NCBI GenBank assembly: GCA_965261005.1
Contig: OZ253375.1
Span: 1,344,001-1,408,000, forward strand
Source of the DNA: Deinococcus sp.
GTDB lineage: Bacteria; Deinococcota; Deinococci; Deinococcales; Deinococcaceae
DNA length: 64,000 bases
Reading direction: 5' to 3'
The translations under genes were made by a program, and so were the position numbers. Every line of letters begins with the position of its first letter. The stretch's first letter is position 1. Shown here one piece after another: positions 1-12,407 of this stretch. The notes under the pieces were generated by a model. The model was not told the origin of the DNA. It made no database searches and saw only the letters and a list, made by a program, of their open reading frames with translations.

Positions 1-77
1 ACGCCCCGGTGGACGAGACTTACGAGACCCACCCGGTCGGCGACATGAATACGCTGATCTTCCCCGCCCCGAAGTGA
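1..77 (+). CDS. 3' end of a gene starting before the window (APVDETYETHPVGDMNTLIFPAPK*)
   Basis: Open frame with GC3-rich codons ending in TGA at 75-77, just upstream of copC. Confidence 0.5.
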   Translation, partial: APVDETYETHPVGDMNTLIFPAPK

Positions 78-117
78 GGTTCTGGGGCGCCCTTCGCGGG
101 CGCCCCGAAAGGGTCTT

Positions 118-540
118 ATGCGCAAACTGATTCCCCTTCTGGCGGCTTTGCTGCTGGGCGGCGCCCTGGCCCACTCCGAACTTGAGGGGGCCGCGCCCCC
201 GGAAAACGCCAGCGTCAGCGCGCCGAGCCAGGTCAAGCTGAGCTTTTCCGAGCCGCTGCAAGTGCGCTTCTCGACCTTCAAGGTCTACCCTCTCAGCGCC
301 TCTGGAGACGCCCTCAAGGTGAACGGCGCCGCCGGGGCGCTCAAGACCAAGGTGCTGGCCCTCAAGAACGACGCGGCGCGGCGGGCCGATGCGGGCGTCA
401 CGCCGGGGGGCGGCAACACGGCGAACGTGACGCTGGCCCTAAAGCCCAACTTGAAGCCCGGCCCCTACGTGGTGATGTGGAGGGCGCTGTCCGAGGACAC
501 CCACACCTCCGGGGGCTACTACGTGTTCTACGTGAAGTAG
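118..540 (+). CDS. copC: Copper resistance protein CopC
   Basis: Signal peptide ending ALA, mature N-terminal His (HSEL), C-terminal WRALSEDTH motif; adjacent to copD. Confidence 0.88.
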   Translation: MRKLIPLLAALLLGGALAHSELEGAAPPENASVSAPSQVKLSFSEPLQVRFSTFKVYPLSASGDALKVNGAAGALKTKVLALKNDAARRADAGVTPGGGNTANVTLALKPNLKPGPYVVMWRALSEDTHTSGGYYVFYVK

Positions 541-552
541 ATGGTCAAATAG

Positions 553-1716
553 ATGACGTGGTGGACCCAGGCGCTGACCTTTGCCGGGCTGGCGCTGCTG
601 GTGGGGGGCGGCGTGTTTCGGCGCCTGATCGGCGTGGGGCTGCCGCCGCCCCGTCTCCTGCCCGCCGTGGGCGCGCTGCTGCTGCTGGGCGCCGGGGCAT
701 GGGGCATGCTGGGCACGCTGCGCGACATCTTCGGAACGTTTGACTTGGGCGACCTCGGCGAGTTTCTCGCCTACGGCACCCTCGGTCAGGCGCTGCTGGG
801 CCGAATATTGGGGCTGATCCTGTGGTTCCTGGCGCTGCGGCTGCGCCCAATCTGGCCCCTGCTGGGCGCCGGCCTTGTTTTGCTGACCTCGGTGAGCTGG
901 GCGGGCCACGCCCACACCGCCGGAACGGCCCTGTTCGCGCTGGACGTGCTTCACCTGGGCGCCATGTGCGTCTGGATCGGGGCGGTGCTGTACCTGGCCC
1001 TGCTGCCGGAGAGGGCGTGGCGCGGGGAGGTGTGGGCGGCGGTGCGGCGCACCTCGGCCGTGGGGCTGTGGAGCGTGGCCGCGCTGAGCGTCAGCGGGAC
1101 GGTGGCGGCGGTCGCGCGGGTGCCGGCCGTGTCCGCCCTGCCGGCCACCCCCTACGGACAGGCACTGATGGTCAAGCTGGGCCTGTTCGCGGCCATCCTG
1201 CTGCTCGCGGCCCTCAACCGCTTCCGGTTGATGCGCCCGCCCGAACCCGGCCCGCTGCGCGCCGCCATCCGGTTGGAAAGCGGCGCCCTGGCGGGCGTGC
1301 TGCTCATCAGCGGCGTCCTCTCGACCACGGCGCCGCCGCAGTTTCCCCGCGCCACGGCGACGAGCGTGCCGATACGGGTTTCCTACGCCGGCCAGTCCGT
1401 TGGCGGCCGGGTTGACTTAAGCAAGTGGGGACGGTTGGAGGTGACGCTCTCGCCCCTTGGCAAAAACGTACCCTTGCAAGTCGTGCTGCTCCCCCCCTCC
1501 GGGGGTGCGGACCACGCCGACCACGAATCGCACCTGCCACCGGGACAGGCGGCGGCCCTCGACACCCTCAACGGCGGCGCGCCGGGGCAGACGTTGCGGC
1601 TGAGCCGGAGCGGAAACGAAATCAAGGCCGCCCGGCAGCTGTGGACGCCGGGCACCTGGGCCGTCGCGGTGGAATTGGGCCAAGCGGCGCAACTCGTGCC
1701 GCTGGAGCTGCGCTGA
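553..1716 (+). CDS. copD: Copper resistance membrane protein CopD with C-terminal soluble domain
   Basis: Multiple TM helices, AGHA and DVLHLGAMCVWIG motifs, YGQALMVKL; His-rich HADHESH segment. Confidence 0.85.
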   Translation: MTWWTQALTFAGLALLVGGGVFRRLIGVGLPPPRLLPAVGALLLLGAGAWGMLGTLRDIFGTFDLGDLGEFLAYGTLGQALLGRILGLILWFLALRLRPIWPLLGAGLVLLTSVSWAGHAHTAGTALFALDVLHLGAMCVWIGAVLYLALLPERAWRGEVWAAVRRTSAVGLWSVAALSVSGTVAAVARVPAVSALPATPYGQALMVKLGLFAAILLLAALNRFRLMRPPEPGPLRAAIRLESGALAGVLLISGVLSTTAPPQFPRATATSVPIRVSYAGQSVGGRVDLSKWGRLEVTLSPLGKNVPLQVVLLPPSGGADHADHESHLPPGQAAALDTLNGGAPGQTLRLSRSGNEIKAARQLWTPGTWAVAVELGQAAQLVPLELR

Positions 1717-1745
1717 GCCTGTGTTGCCTTCCCGTAGACTGGGGC

Positions 1746-3430
<1,685 letters not shown>

Positions 3431-3434
<4 letters not shown>

Positions 3435-4291
3435 GGTGGTTGGGGCAGCGTCCGCAGAAAGTGGCGCAGCACCGTTCGCAACGCCTCCGGCCGCTCCAGC
3501 CAAGGCGAGTGGCCCACGTTCGGCAGCAGCGCAAAGGTTGACAACGGCAACAGTTCCGTCAGCTCCCGCGCCGCCCAAGCGGGCCTGGGGTCCTGCACGC
3601 CGTGAACGATCAGGGCCGGAACGTTCAACGTCTTGACCTTGCGCCGCACAACCTCGCTCCCGAGTTCGCGCTCACTGTCGGCGTGCAACTCCCGGTTGAC
3701 GGCGGCGTTAACGCGCAGTTCTCCCATCAGGAGCTGCCGCGCCAAGACGCGACCCTGACGCGCGTCCGAAAAATCCGTGCTCCAAGCGACCTCGCAGTAG
3801 GCGCGCTCGGCCTCCAGGGTACCTTCGCGCGCCCACCGCCCGGCCAGTTCGAGCCGTTCCCGCACGCCGCTCGGCCCCAAACGGCGGTCGCGTTCGGCGC
3901 GGTAGTCGGCGGACCACGCCGGGTTCACGCCGGTGCCGGATAGGTAGATCAGGGCTGCCGTGCGCCCAGGGTGGGACAGCGCGTAGTGCAGGGCGAGCGA
4001 CGCGCCCCAGGAGTGGCCCGCGACCACCCAGCGCTCCAGACCCCAATGAACGCGCAGCCCCTCCAGGTCAGCTACATTCCGCGCGACCGTGTGCGGGCCG
4101 TTCCCGCCCGAGCGTCCGCAGGCGCGCTGGTCGTAGCGGTACACCGTGCAGAGATCATCCGTCATCGCCGCGACAGGACCGAGATAGTCCCACAGGCCGG
4201 GGCCGCCGTAACACCACACCAGCGGCGGCCCGGCGCCCTGCCGCACGGTCCACAGCGTCGCGCCGGGCAGTGCCACGCGCTCCTCGATCAT
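3431..4291 (-). CDS. Alpha/beta hydrolase (proline iminopeptidase-like)
   Basis: YGGPG, YDQR, GHSWG nucleophile elbow, Asp and His of the triad; ATG overlaps the upstream stop. Confidence 0.85.
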
Positions 4292-5169
4292 CTGCCCAGC
4301 ACCCTCAGCAGCACATCCGGCCGGTCGGTGTTGATGCCATTCACGCCCATCTTCAAGAGGCGCCGCATCTCGGCGGGGTCGTTGATGGTCCAGGGCTGCA
4401 CCGAGAGGTGCTTGCGCGCGGCCAAGGCCACAAACCTCGGCGTGACCACCTCGAAGCCCGCCGCGCGCACCGGCACCTGCAACGAGGCGCCCGCCGGCCG
4501 GAACCAACCGCCCAGGCCGACCAGGTTGAGCATGACCAGCGGGCGAATCTCACGCTCCGTCATGCTGGTCAGCACCTCGGGGCAGGCTTGCCGAAAGGCT
4601 TGCATAGCGCTGTCCTTGAAGGAGGCGACGATCACCTTGTCGGTCATCTGAAAGCGCCGCAGCGCCTCGCAAAAGGGGCGCGCGATGGGCGGGTCGTCCT
4701 GCTTGATCTCGATGGTCCAGGTTGTGTCGGGGTGGGCGCGGAACAGCTCCTCCAGCGTCGGCACGGTCAGGCCCCGGCCCCGGAAGGGAAAGGTCTTGTT
4801 GCCGTCGAGGCTAAAACGGTAGCCGGCGTCGAGCCGCTTGAGTTGGGCGAGCGTCATGTCCTTGACCAGGCCCTTTCCCTGCGTGGTGCGGTTCACGCTG
4901 GCGTCGTGGATGGCGACCAGGTGGCCGTCCTTTGTTGCGTGCAGATCGGTGTCCAGCATGTCGGCGCCCAGGCGCGCGGCACGGTCAAAGGCGGAGAGGG
5001 TGTTGCTCGGCCACAACCCCTCGCCCCCCTGATGCGCGATGACCCAGGTTTTGCCGCCCCCTGCGAACACATTGTCCCGTGCGCCGCCGCCCAAGTTGAG
5101 CCACGACCCCGCGTAGGCGATCAACACGACAATCCCTATACCGAGCAACACCTTTTGCCAGCGTTTCAC
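4288..5169 (-). CDS. Glycerophosphodiester phosphodiesterase, membrane anchored
   Basis: IAHQGG, NTLSAF, DLHATKDG, HD, IEIK, GINTDRP motifs. Confidence 0.9.
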   Translation of the reverse strand: MKRWQKVLLGIGIVVLIAYAGSWLNLGGGARDNVFAGGGKTWVIAHQGGEGLWPSNTLSAFDRAARLGADMLDTDLHATKDGHLVAIHDASVNRTTQGKGLVKDMTLAQLKRLDAGYRFSLDGNKTFPFRGRGLTVPTLEELFRAHPDTTWTIEIKQDDPPIARPFCEALRRFQMTDKVIVASFKDSAMQAFRQACPEVLTSMTEREIRPLVMLNLVGLGGWFRPAGASLQVPVRAAGFEVVTPRFVALAARKHLSVQPWTINDPAEMRRLLKMGVNGINTDRPDVLLRVLGR

Positions 5170-5202
5170 GCGTCCAGTCTACTTTGACAACCCGCACTTT
5201 CT

Positions 5203-5231
5203 TTGACAGCCCTCTGGGCGCGTGCTAGGAT
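5203..5231 (+). promoter_or_regulatory. Sigma70-type promoter of the tRNA-Cys/tRNA-Val pair
   Basis: TTGACA (5203-5208), 17-bp spacer, extended -10 TGcTAGGAT (hexamer 5226-5231). Confidence 0.8.
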
Positions 5232-5258
5232 TCTGGGCGCTGGGAACTTTCGCGTCGG

Positions 5259-5332
5259 GGCGCTGTAGCCAAGCGGTAAGGCAGAGGTCTGCAAAACCTC
5301 CACCGGCGGTTCGAGTCCGCCCAGCGCCTCCA
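5259..5332 (+). tRNA. tRNA-Cys (GCA)
   Basis: Cloverleaf: acceptor GGCGCTG/CAGCGCC, anticodon arm GAGGT-CTGCAAA-ACCTC, GTTCGA T-loop, encoded CCA. Confidence 0.97.
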
Positions 5333-5338
5333 GTCTCT

Positions 5339-5413
<75 letters not shown>

Positions 5414-5415
5414 AG

Positions 5416-5442
5416 AAAAACGCCCTCTAAGAGGGCGTTTTT
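5416..5442. terminator. Bidirectional intrinsic terminator
   Basis: AAAAACGCCCTC-TAA-GAGGGCGTTTTT between the convergent tRNAs and the DUF945 gene. Confidence 0.85.
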
Positions 5443-5454
5443 GCTGTTTGCATA

Positions 5455-6765
5455 TCAGCGCAACGGCGCCCCATTCAGCAGAATGCCGTTTCGATTCAGC
5501 GAAAAGGTCGTTCGGTATACGCCGTTCTCAAGGGTAACGAGGCCGTTTTGCCGCAAGTCTTGAAGCGTTTCGTCAGGGGTGACGCCGAGTTCGGGTCCGA
5601 GCGTGCTCAGCAATTCGCGCAAAGCCGCGTCGGGCGCGCTGCCCGAGGCAGTGACGTTCAGACGTTCCAGCAGCGCCGCCGGGTTGCCCAGCAGGGCGTT
5701 CGGGTCCAGGGGCGCGCCGGGGGTCAGGCTGGCCCGCGCGCCCAGCCTCACCTCGCCGCCCGCGTTGCGCAAGGAGAGCGGGTCCACGCTGAATTCCGGC
5801 CGGTTGTTCAGCAACTGCGTGAGGGCGACCATCAAGTCGCGCGTGGCGGTCTCACTAAGGGTCTTGGCGCCCAAGCGCCCGCTCAGCTTCGAGAGACGCA
5901 GCAGCGCCGCGCGGTCGAGGTGGCGCGCGCCGAGGCCGAGCCTCAGGTCGCTCAGCACCGTGCCGCCGCTTTTCAAACGCCCGACGCCATAGTTGACGCC
6001 GACATCAATGGTGTTTCCGTTCGCGCGTGTCTCGCTTCCAACCTGTGCGTCACTCAAACTGACCGTTTCGCCGCTCGCGCGAACCTCAATTTGCCCCACG
6101 TCGAAGCGGGCCTTGCCCAACCCCAGGCCGTCCGGGGCGAGGACCGTGTCGCTGTTCAGGCGCGCGGCGCTCAAGACAAAACCGGCGTTCGCGTTATCGT
6201 AGGTGACGCCGGGCAGGCGGCCCTCGATCACGGCGCGCGGCCCCTCGCCACGGACGGTGGCGCTGAGCGCCTTCCAGCTGAGGGTGCCGCCGTCCTGGGA
6301 CACGCTGCCAGACGGCACGACGACGTTGGTCACGGTGTCGCCGCCGAACTTCACGACGGTGCGGATAAAGGGCTGCTTATTTTTAAAGGCTTTGTTCACG
6401 GCCGCCTGCACGGGGGGGTCGAAGCGCAGTTCCGTGTCCACGACGGCCGCACCGAAAGCGCGCAACCCCGGAAAGGGGCCGTTGCTGATGCGGTTGAAAA
6501 TGGTCAGGTGCGCGGGCGTTTCCCCCGTCTCGAGGGTGAGCACGGTCTCCTGCGTGCCGCCCATCAACGTCCGCCTGAGTGGCTTCTCCTCGACGCGAAC
6601 GAGGCCGGTGGCTTCCAGGGCCGTCTTGAGCTGCCCAAGCTGGGTTTCCAGATTGCTTTGGGTCTGGGTTCCGGCATACACCATTCCGCCGGCAACCGTC
6701 AGCACCAAGGCCGCCGTGACGGCGAGAATCGCGCGCGGCCTGAACTGAACGGTCGCTTTTTTCAT
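5455..6765 (-). CDS. YdgA/DUF945 family protein
   Basis: N-terminal anchor, ISNGPFPG motif, beta-rich body, C-terminal NGILLNG. Confidence 0.75.
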   Translation of the reverse strand: MKKATVQFRPRAILAVTAALVLTVAGGMVYAGTQTQSNLETQLGQLKTALEATGLVRVEEKPLRRTLMGGTQETVLTLETGETPAHLTIFNRISNGPFPGLRAFGAAVVDTELRFDPPVQAAVNKAFKNKQPFIRTVVKFGGDTVTNVVVPSGSVSQDGGTLSWKALSATVRGEGPRAVIEGRLPGVTYDNANAGFVLSAARLNSDTVLAPDGLGLGKARFDVGQIEVRASGETVSLSDAQVGSETRANGNTIDVGVNYGVGRLKSGGTVLSDLRLGLGARHLDRAALLRLSKLSGRLGAKTLSETATRDLMVALTQLLNNRPEFSVDPLSLRNAGGEVRLGARASLTPGAPLDPNALLGNPAALLERLNVTASGSAPDAALRELLSTLGPELGVTPDETLQDLRQNGLVTLENGVYRTTFSLNRNGILLNGAPLR

Positions 6766-6837
6766 GGTTCTCAGCGTAGCACCGCCCCACCCGCCTTGCG
6801 GCGAATGTGCCCGCGCGCCGTTCAGCGGGTTGCCCCG

Positions 6838-8001
6838 TCAGCGCTTGCCGAGGCGCCGGATCAACCACAGCACCGGCAAGGTGGGCAGGGCCAGCAAGGC
6901 GAACAGCGCCTGCGCGAGGGCGCGGCCCACCAGCGGCGGAGGCCCTGGCGGTTGGGACTGCGGCGGTTGGAACTGTGGCGGTGAGCCTGCCCGGCGCGCA
7001 GCAACCTCACTGCGCCCCGAATGGGGATTGGCAACCGGGCTGACGGGTTCACCGGGCGTGTGGCGCGCCGCCTCGCGCTCCTGGGCGCTGGGCGCTTGGT
7101 TGACGGCCACGCCCTGCTGAGCGACGGCCACTTTTTTGCCGGGATTGCTCGCGCCGCCCGCCCGCGAGCCGTAACGCTGCGAGTACACCCAGGTGACCTC
7201 GGCGCCGAAAAAGAGGATCATGCCCGAGTAGTAGATCCACAGCAACAAGACCACCAGCGAGCCGGCCGCCCCAAACACCGAGGTGTTGCTGAAGCGGCCC
7301 AGGTAAAAGCTGATCAGGAGTTGCCCCAGCGTGAACAGCGTGGCAGTCACGCCGGCCCCGAACCAGACCTCGCGCCACTTGAGCTGCACGTACGGCAAGA
7401 ACTTATAGATGCTGGCGAAGACCACCGTGAACACGGCGGTGCCCAGCACAAAGGTGCCCAACCGGGTGAAGAACGCGCCCAGGCCCAATTGATTCGCCAG
7501 CGGCGCCGCGTAGGCCGACAGCAGCGTGCTGCCCGCCAGAAAGGCGATGATCAGGGCACCGAAAAACAGCACCAGCGCGAAGCCGATCAGGCGGGTGCGC
7601 ACCAGCGCCCAGAGGCCATTAATGGGCGGCGGGTCAGCGCCCCACAAACTGTTGAGGGCGTCCTGAAGCTGCGCGAATAGGCCCGTGGAGGTCAGGAACA
7701 CGGTCACGGCGCCGATAATGGTGGCCGTGGTGCTGGCGCCGGACTGGACGGCCCCGTCCACCAGATTGCTGACGAAGTTGGCCGCCGACGCGCCCACGCT
7801 ACTGCTGAGCGCGTCATAGATTTGGCGCTTGACCGTGTCCTGATTGATAAAGATGCTGGCGACCGCCACCAGCAAAAACAGCAGCGGGGCAATCGTGAAC
7901 ACGGCGTAGTACGCCAGCGCCGCCGCCAAGCGGGGCGCGCGATCGGTACTGAAGGCCGTCACCGAGTCGCGCAGCAGTCCGAACAAACCGCCGAAGGTCA
8001 C
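6838..8001 (-). CDS. YihY/virulence factor BrkB family membrane protein
   Basis: RLAAALAYYAVFTIAP, LQDALN.LW, FGAAGSLVVLLLWIYYS motifs. Confidence 0.9.
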   Translation of the reverse strand: MTFGGLFGLLRDSVTAFSTDRAPRLAAALAYYAVFTIAPLLFLLVAVASIFINQDTVKRQIYDALSSSVGASAANFVSNLVDGAVQSGASTTATIIGAVTVFLTSTGLFAQLQDALNSLWGADPPPINGLWALVRTRLIGFALVLFFGALIIAFLAGSTLLSAYAAPLANQLGLGAFFTRLGTFVLGTAVFTVVFASIYKFLPYVQLKWREVWFGAGVTATLFTLGQLLISFYLGRFSNTSVFGAAGSLVVLLLWIYYSGMILFFGAEVTWVYSQRYGSRAGGASNPGKKVAVAQQGVAVNQAPSAQEREAARHTPGEPVSPVANPHSGRSEVAARRAGSPPQFQPPQSQPPGPPPLVGRALAQALFALLALPTLPVLWLIRRLGKR

Positions 8002-8042
8002 GGCCGCATGTTAAGGCAAGCGCCAGAAAAGCACACTACACA

Positions 8043-8750
8043 TTAAGCCGAACTCTCGGCGAGCAGCTCGCGCCAAGCCCGAAAGGTGGCCGGAAACAGC
8101 GGCCCGGCGAGCTGGGCGAGGGCTTGGGCGTACAGCATCGTCTCGTGTTGGGCGCCGGCGTGGTCGCGCAACCCCAGGAAGTGCAGCAAACTGCGCACGT
8201 TAAAGGTCCAGTACGACTCGGTGTACATCGCGGTCGGCAGCACGCCGCGCGCCTGCTCGCGGGTCACGCCGAGCGAAAGCAGGCGCTGGTAGGTCTCGTA
8301 GGCGGTTCGCCAAGCGCCGAGCCAAAGGTCGTGCGCCCGCGCTTGATCGATACGGCCAGCCTCGTCGGGAACGCTCGCTTGGCGGTTGCTTTCGGCCTGG
8401 GCGCGAAAGGCGGGCGGCGTGTAGACCCGCTCCCGCACCTCCACGTAACGGCCAGAAATTTCATTTTTGCTGACGCCGACCCGGTGGCGCACCATCTGAC
8501 GGTCCACGAAGATGGGCGCCACGATTTTGAAGGTCATGGCGTTGTGCTCAAAGGGGCTGCCGTGCTGGTGGCGCAGCAAGTAGGCGATCAGCTTCTCGTC
8601 GCGGGCATTCAGCGGCGCCTCATTGTCGCCGCCGAAGGAGACGCGGGCCGCATTGACAATGCTCTTGTCGTCGCCGACGTGCGAAATCAGAGCCACGCTG
8701 CCGACGCCGTCCTGAAGGGGATAAAGCACCTGTCCGGCGGTGATGGTCAT
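8043..8750 (-). CDS. thyX: FAD-dependent thymidylate synthase
   Basis: IVNAARVS, HGSPFEH, RHR-X8-S-GRY, EQARGVLP, AQHE. Confidence 0.95.
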   Translation of the reverse strand: MTITAGQVLYPLQDGVGSVALISHVGDDKSIVNAARVSFGGDNEAPLNARDEKLIAYLLRHQHGSPFEHNAMTFKIVAPIFVDRQMVRHRVGVSKNEISGRYVEVRERVYTPPAFRAQAESNRQASVPDEAGRIDQARAHDLWLGAWRTAYETYQRLLSLGVTREQARGVLPTAMYTESYWTFNVRSLLHFLGLRDHAGAQHETMLYAQALAQLAGPLFPATFRAWRELLAESSA

Positions 8751-8760
8751 GCGCCCAGCC

Positions 8761-8899
8761 TAGAGCATTTGTCAATTCTATTGCGCGACTTCGGCTCCGC
8801 CTACGTCGCTCCACGCCATTGCCAAACGCCCTCCTGTTGCTACTCGTTCCACTCGGGAAGTATTGAGAAGAGCACTCAATACTTCTGACAAACGCTCTA
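8761..8899. repeat. MITE-like small noncoding repeat, copy 1 (139 bp)
   Basis: Terminal inverted repeats TAGAGCATTTGTCA / TGACAAACGCTCTA and internal hairpin GAAGTATTGAG..CTCAATACTTC; homologs at 41439 and 55379. Confidence 0.85.
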
Positions 8900-8914
8900 A
8901 CGCGCAGCGGACCC

Positions 8915-9400
8915 TCACGTCATCTCCGCCGGGTTTAGCCCGCCCAGCCGCAGGATCGCTTGCCAATGCACTTCCTCCACCGGCATGACCGAGAGGCGGT
9001 TGCCCCTTTTAAGGAGGGCGAAGTCGGCCAGTTCGGGCGCGGCGCGCAGCTCGGCCAGGGTCACGAGGCGCGGCAAGGCGCGCAGCGGGGCCACGTCCAC
9101 GGCGCTCCAACGGGGGTCGTCCAAGGTACTTCTCGAATCAAAATACGGGCTGTTCGGGTCAAGTTGCGTGGGGTCCGGGTAGGCGGCGCGCACCGCCCGG
9201 CACACGCCTACGGCGCCGCTCGGTCCCGCGTTCGAGTGGTAGAACAACGCCAAATCGCCCACGTTCACCCTCCGCAAAAAGTTGCGCGCCTGATAGTTGC
9301 GCACGCCGGTCCACGGCTCCCGGCCGGCGCGCACCAAGTCGGCGTAAGAAAAAACCTCCGGCTCGCTTTTGAGCAGCCACCTCCTCACATCGCTCGTCAC
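8915..9400 (-). CDS. EVE domain protein
   Basis: WLLKSEP, WTGVRNYQARN, FYHS, RLSVMPV; start uncertain. Confidence 0.92.
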   Translation of the reverse strand: MTSDVRRWLLKSEPEVFSYADLVRAGREPWTGVRNYQARNFLRRVNVGDLALFYHSNAGPSGAVGVCRAVRAAYPDPTQLDPNSPYFDSRSTLDDPRWSAVDVAPLRALPRLVTLAELRAAPELADFALLKRGNRLSVMPVEEVHWQAILRLGGLNPAEMT

Positions 9401-9438
9401 ATCTGATTATTATTCAGCGTATCCCCCGGCACCTTGAA

Positions 9439-9459
9439 CTTGAGTCTCACGGACTAAAG
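9439..9459. promoter_or_regulatory. HAIR operator (HspR site) over the protease promoter
   Basis: CTTGAGT-N7-ACTAAAG, one mismatch to CTTGAGT-N7-ACTCAAG; overlaps -10 TAAAGT (9455-9460). Confidence 0.75.
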
Positions 9460-9466
9460 TTTTGGT

Positions 9467-10585
9467 ATGCGCCGCTCCCCGTGGCTTCCCCTGCTGCTGC
9501 TCGTCGGTCTCGGCCTGTACCTCGCGCCGCGTCAGGGCACGCCCCCCCCCCTCGATTACCACTTCGACTTCAACCCGCTGCCGCAGGTGCAGCCGTCCAG
9601 AAACTTGCCGCCGGACGCGGCCGAACTCTTCAAGCAGGCGCGCCCGGCCACCGTGCGCGTGGAGCAAAGCCAGAACGCCTACGGGCAGCCCGACGCCATC
9701 GGCACCGGCTTTTTCATCGACAAGACCGGCACGCTGCTGACCGCCTACCACGTCATCGACGGCGCGCGTTACCTGAACGTGACCACCGCGCAGAACCGGC
9801 GCTACCGGGCCGAGGTGGTCGGCTTCGACGCGGCGCGCGACGTGGCCGTGCTGAGGGCGAGCGTGCGCGGCGAGGTGCCCTTTTTGCCGCTGGTCGGCCG
9901 CCCGCCGCGCATCGGGGAAAAGGTGCTGGCCATCGGCAACAGCGGGGGCGAGTTTTTGCAGTCCCGCCGCGGACGCCTGCTGCGCCTGAACGCGAACGCC
10001 GCCCGGGTGGACTTTCCGCAGGGCACCTTGGAGATGAGCGCGCCCCTCGCCCCCGGCGACTCGGGCGGCCCGATTCTGGACGACGCCGGCGACGCCATCG
10101 GCGTGGTGAGCTACATCCGCTTGGCGGGGGACAGCTTTGGCAGCGCGAACGGCGCGAACGGCGGGCGCACCTTGGCCTCCTACGCCGTGCCGGTCAGCAG
10201 CGTGGACGAGACGGTCGCGGCCATCCGCAGGGGCGAAAAGCGCGATGTGCCGGCGCTGGGCATCACGGGTGATTCGGCCGGGCATAGCATTGAAAACGCC
10301 GATTCGGGCGCGGTGATCGGCAGCGTCGTGCCCGGCAGCCCGGCGGCGCGGGCCGGGTTGCGGGGGCTTCAGGAAGTTCAGAACTCTGACGGCACGACCG
10401 GGCTGCGCGCCGACGTGATCGTGGCGGTGGACGGCAAGAGCACCGCCGACTTCGACGAGCTGCTCTTTCAGGTGCGCCAAAAAAAGGTCGGTCAGCAGGT
10501 GACGCTGACCGTGGAGCGCGGCGGGGAGCAGCTGAAGGTGCCGGTGACGCTGGGCGGCAAGGCGAGCATTCAGTACCGGCAGTAA
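9467..10585 (+). CDS. HtrA/DegP-like S1C serine protease with PDZ domain
   Basis: GTGFF, LTAYHV, D, GDSGGP catalytic triad and C-terminal PDZ (GSPAARAGL). Confidence 0.92.
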   Translation: MRRSPWLPLLLLVGLGLYLAPRQGTPPPLDYHFDFNPLPQVQPSRNLPPDAAELFKQARPATVRVEQSQNAYGQPDAIGTGFFIDKTGTLLTAYHVIDGARYLNVTTAQNRRYRAEVVGFDAARDVAVLRASVRGEVPFLPLVGRPPRIGEKVLAIGNSGGEFLQSRRGRLLRLNANAARVDFPQGTLEMSAPLAPGDSGGPILDDAGDAIGVVSYIRLAGDSFGSANGANGGRTLASYAVPVSSVDETVAAIRRGEKRDVPALGITGDSAGHSIENADSGAVIGSVVPGSPAARAGLRGLQEVQNSDGTTGLRADVIVAVDGKSTADFDELLFQVRQKKVGQQVTLTVERGGEQLKVPVTLGGKASIQYRQ

Positions 10586-10598
10586 TTACAATTTACAA

Positions 10599-11327
<729 letters not shown>

Positions 11328-11385
11328 CGGTTCCTTGAGTATACCCCAAGCAGGTTTGGTGAAACGGGCATGTAGGAACGGTGTT

Positions 11386-12354
11386 TTAGGAATTGCCTGA
11401 GTTCACCCTCTCCACGTCGCTCAGCTTGTTCACGTCCACCGCCACCACGCTCCGCAGGTCATGCCTGTACATCGAGGCGAACTTGGCGTTCCAAGTCACC
11501 TCGGCGGCCCGGTAGGAGGTGCGGGCGCGCACGGTTTGGAAGAGGGTATCGTCCATGCCGCGCAGCAGCACCAAAAACTCGGTTTCGCTGCTCGCCAGTT
11601 CTCGCGCGTCCACGCCGGAAAGGGGGCTATTTTCGTCGATGGGATGCACCACCGTCCAGGCCAGCGGGAAAAAGGCGACCTGCTGGCGCGCCAGTTCTAG
11701 GGAGTAGAAGCGCCGCGACCGGCCCTCGCCCTCGCCCTCGAAGCGGCTCAACGTCACCTCGGCCTCCAAGTCGATCAGTTGGGTCCGCAGGCCGTTGACG
11801 ACCCGGAACATCCAGGCGTGGCCGTCCTGATACGGCGCCACCACCGCCCGCTCGCTGAAGATGACGCGACTCATCGGGCGCGAAAAGCGGGCAAACACGA
11901 TGCCGGTCGCCAGCGCCACGCCCAGCAAGCCGACCAACGCTTCCAGCGTGACCAAGGCGTTGGCCGCCACGCCCTCGGGCGTCACCTTGCCGTAGCCGAT
12001 GGTCGCAAAGGTCTGCACGCTGAAGAAGAACGCCTGCAAAAACGGGCTGCCGAGCTTCGAGTCGGGCGCCACCGCGAGGGCGTTCGGTCCCAGGGCCAGG
12101 TAGGCCAGCGCGAACAGGACGTTGACCAGCAGGTAGCCCAGCACCACCAAGCCCCCGAAACCCCACCACGGCAGGGTGATCAGGGCGTAGTAGGGATTCA
12201 ACGAGGCCCAAAAGGAGAGGCCGGTGCGGCGGCTGTTGAAGCTGCCGTCCTTGTTCACGAAGCGCCCGGCGCTTTCCTGCGCCAGCACGCGGCCGAGGCC
12301 CAGGTCCGCCTGGTTCTCGGCCGCCTGGTTCTTGGGCCGGGGCGCCTCGCTCAT
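11386..12354 (-). CDS. Inward-rectifier potassium channel (KirBac-like)
   Basis: [14 protein letters not shown] filter, [20 protein letters not shown]; start placed at ATG 12354 after TACAGT. Confidence 0.92.
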   Translation of the reverse strand: MSEAPRPKNQAAENQADLGLGRVLAQESAGRFVNKDGSFNSRRTGLSFWASLNPYYALITLPWWGFGGLVVLGYLLVNVLFALAYLALGPNALAVAPDSKLGSPFLQAFFFSVQTFATIGYGKVTPEGVAANALVTLEALVGLLGVALATGIVFARFSRPMSRVIFSERAVVAPYQDGHAWMFRVVNGLRTQLIDLEAEVTLSRFEGEGEGRSRRFYSLELARQQVAFFPLAWTVVHPIDENSPLSGVDARELASSETEFLVLLRGMDDTLFQTVRARTSYRAAEVTWNAKFASMYRHDLRSVVAVDVNKLSDVERVNSGNS

Positions 12355-12407
12355 GCTGGCGACTGTAGCGCGTCCAAAGCGCAAAAGCCCGGCGCTAAAC
12401 TCGGCGC

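Noticed and set aside
8761..8790. TTGACA in the MITE end as a hybrid -35 for thyX
   Set aside because: Only 7 bp from the TAGGCT -10 box, incompatible with sigma70 spacing
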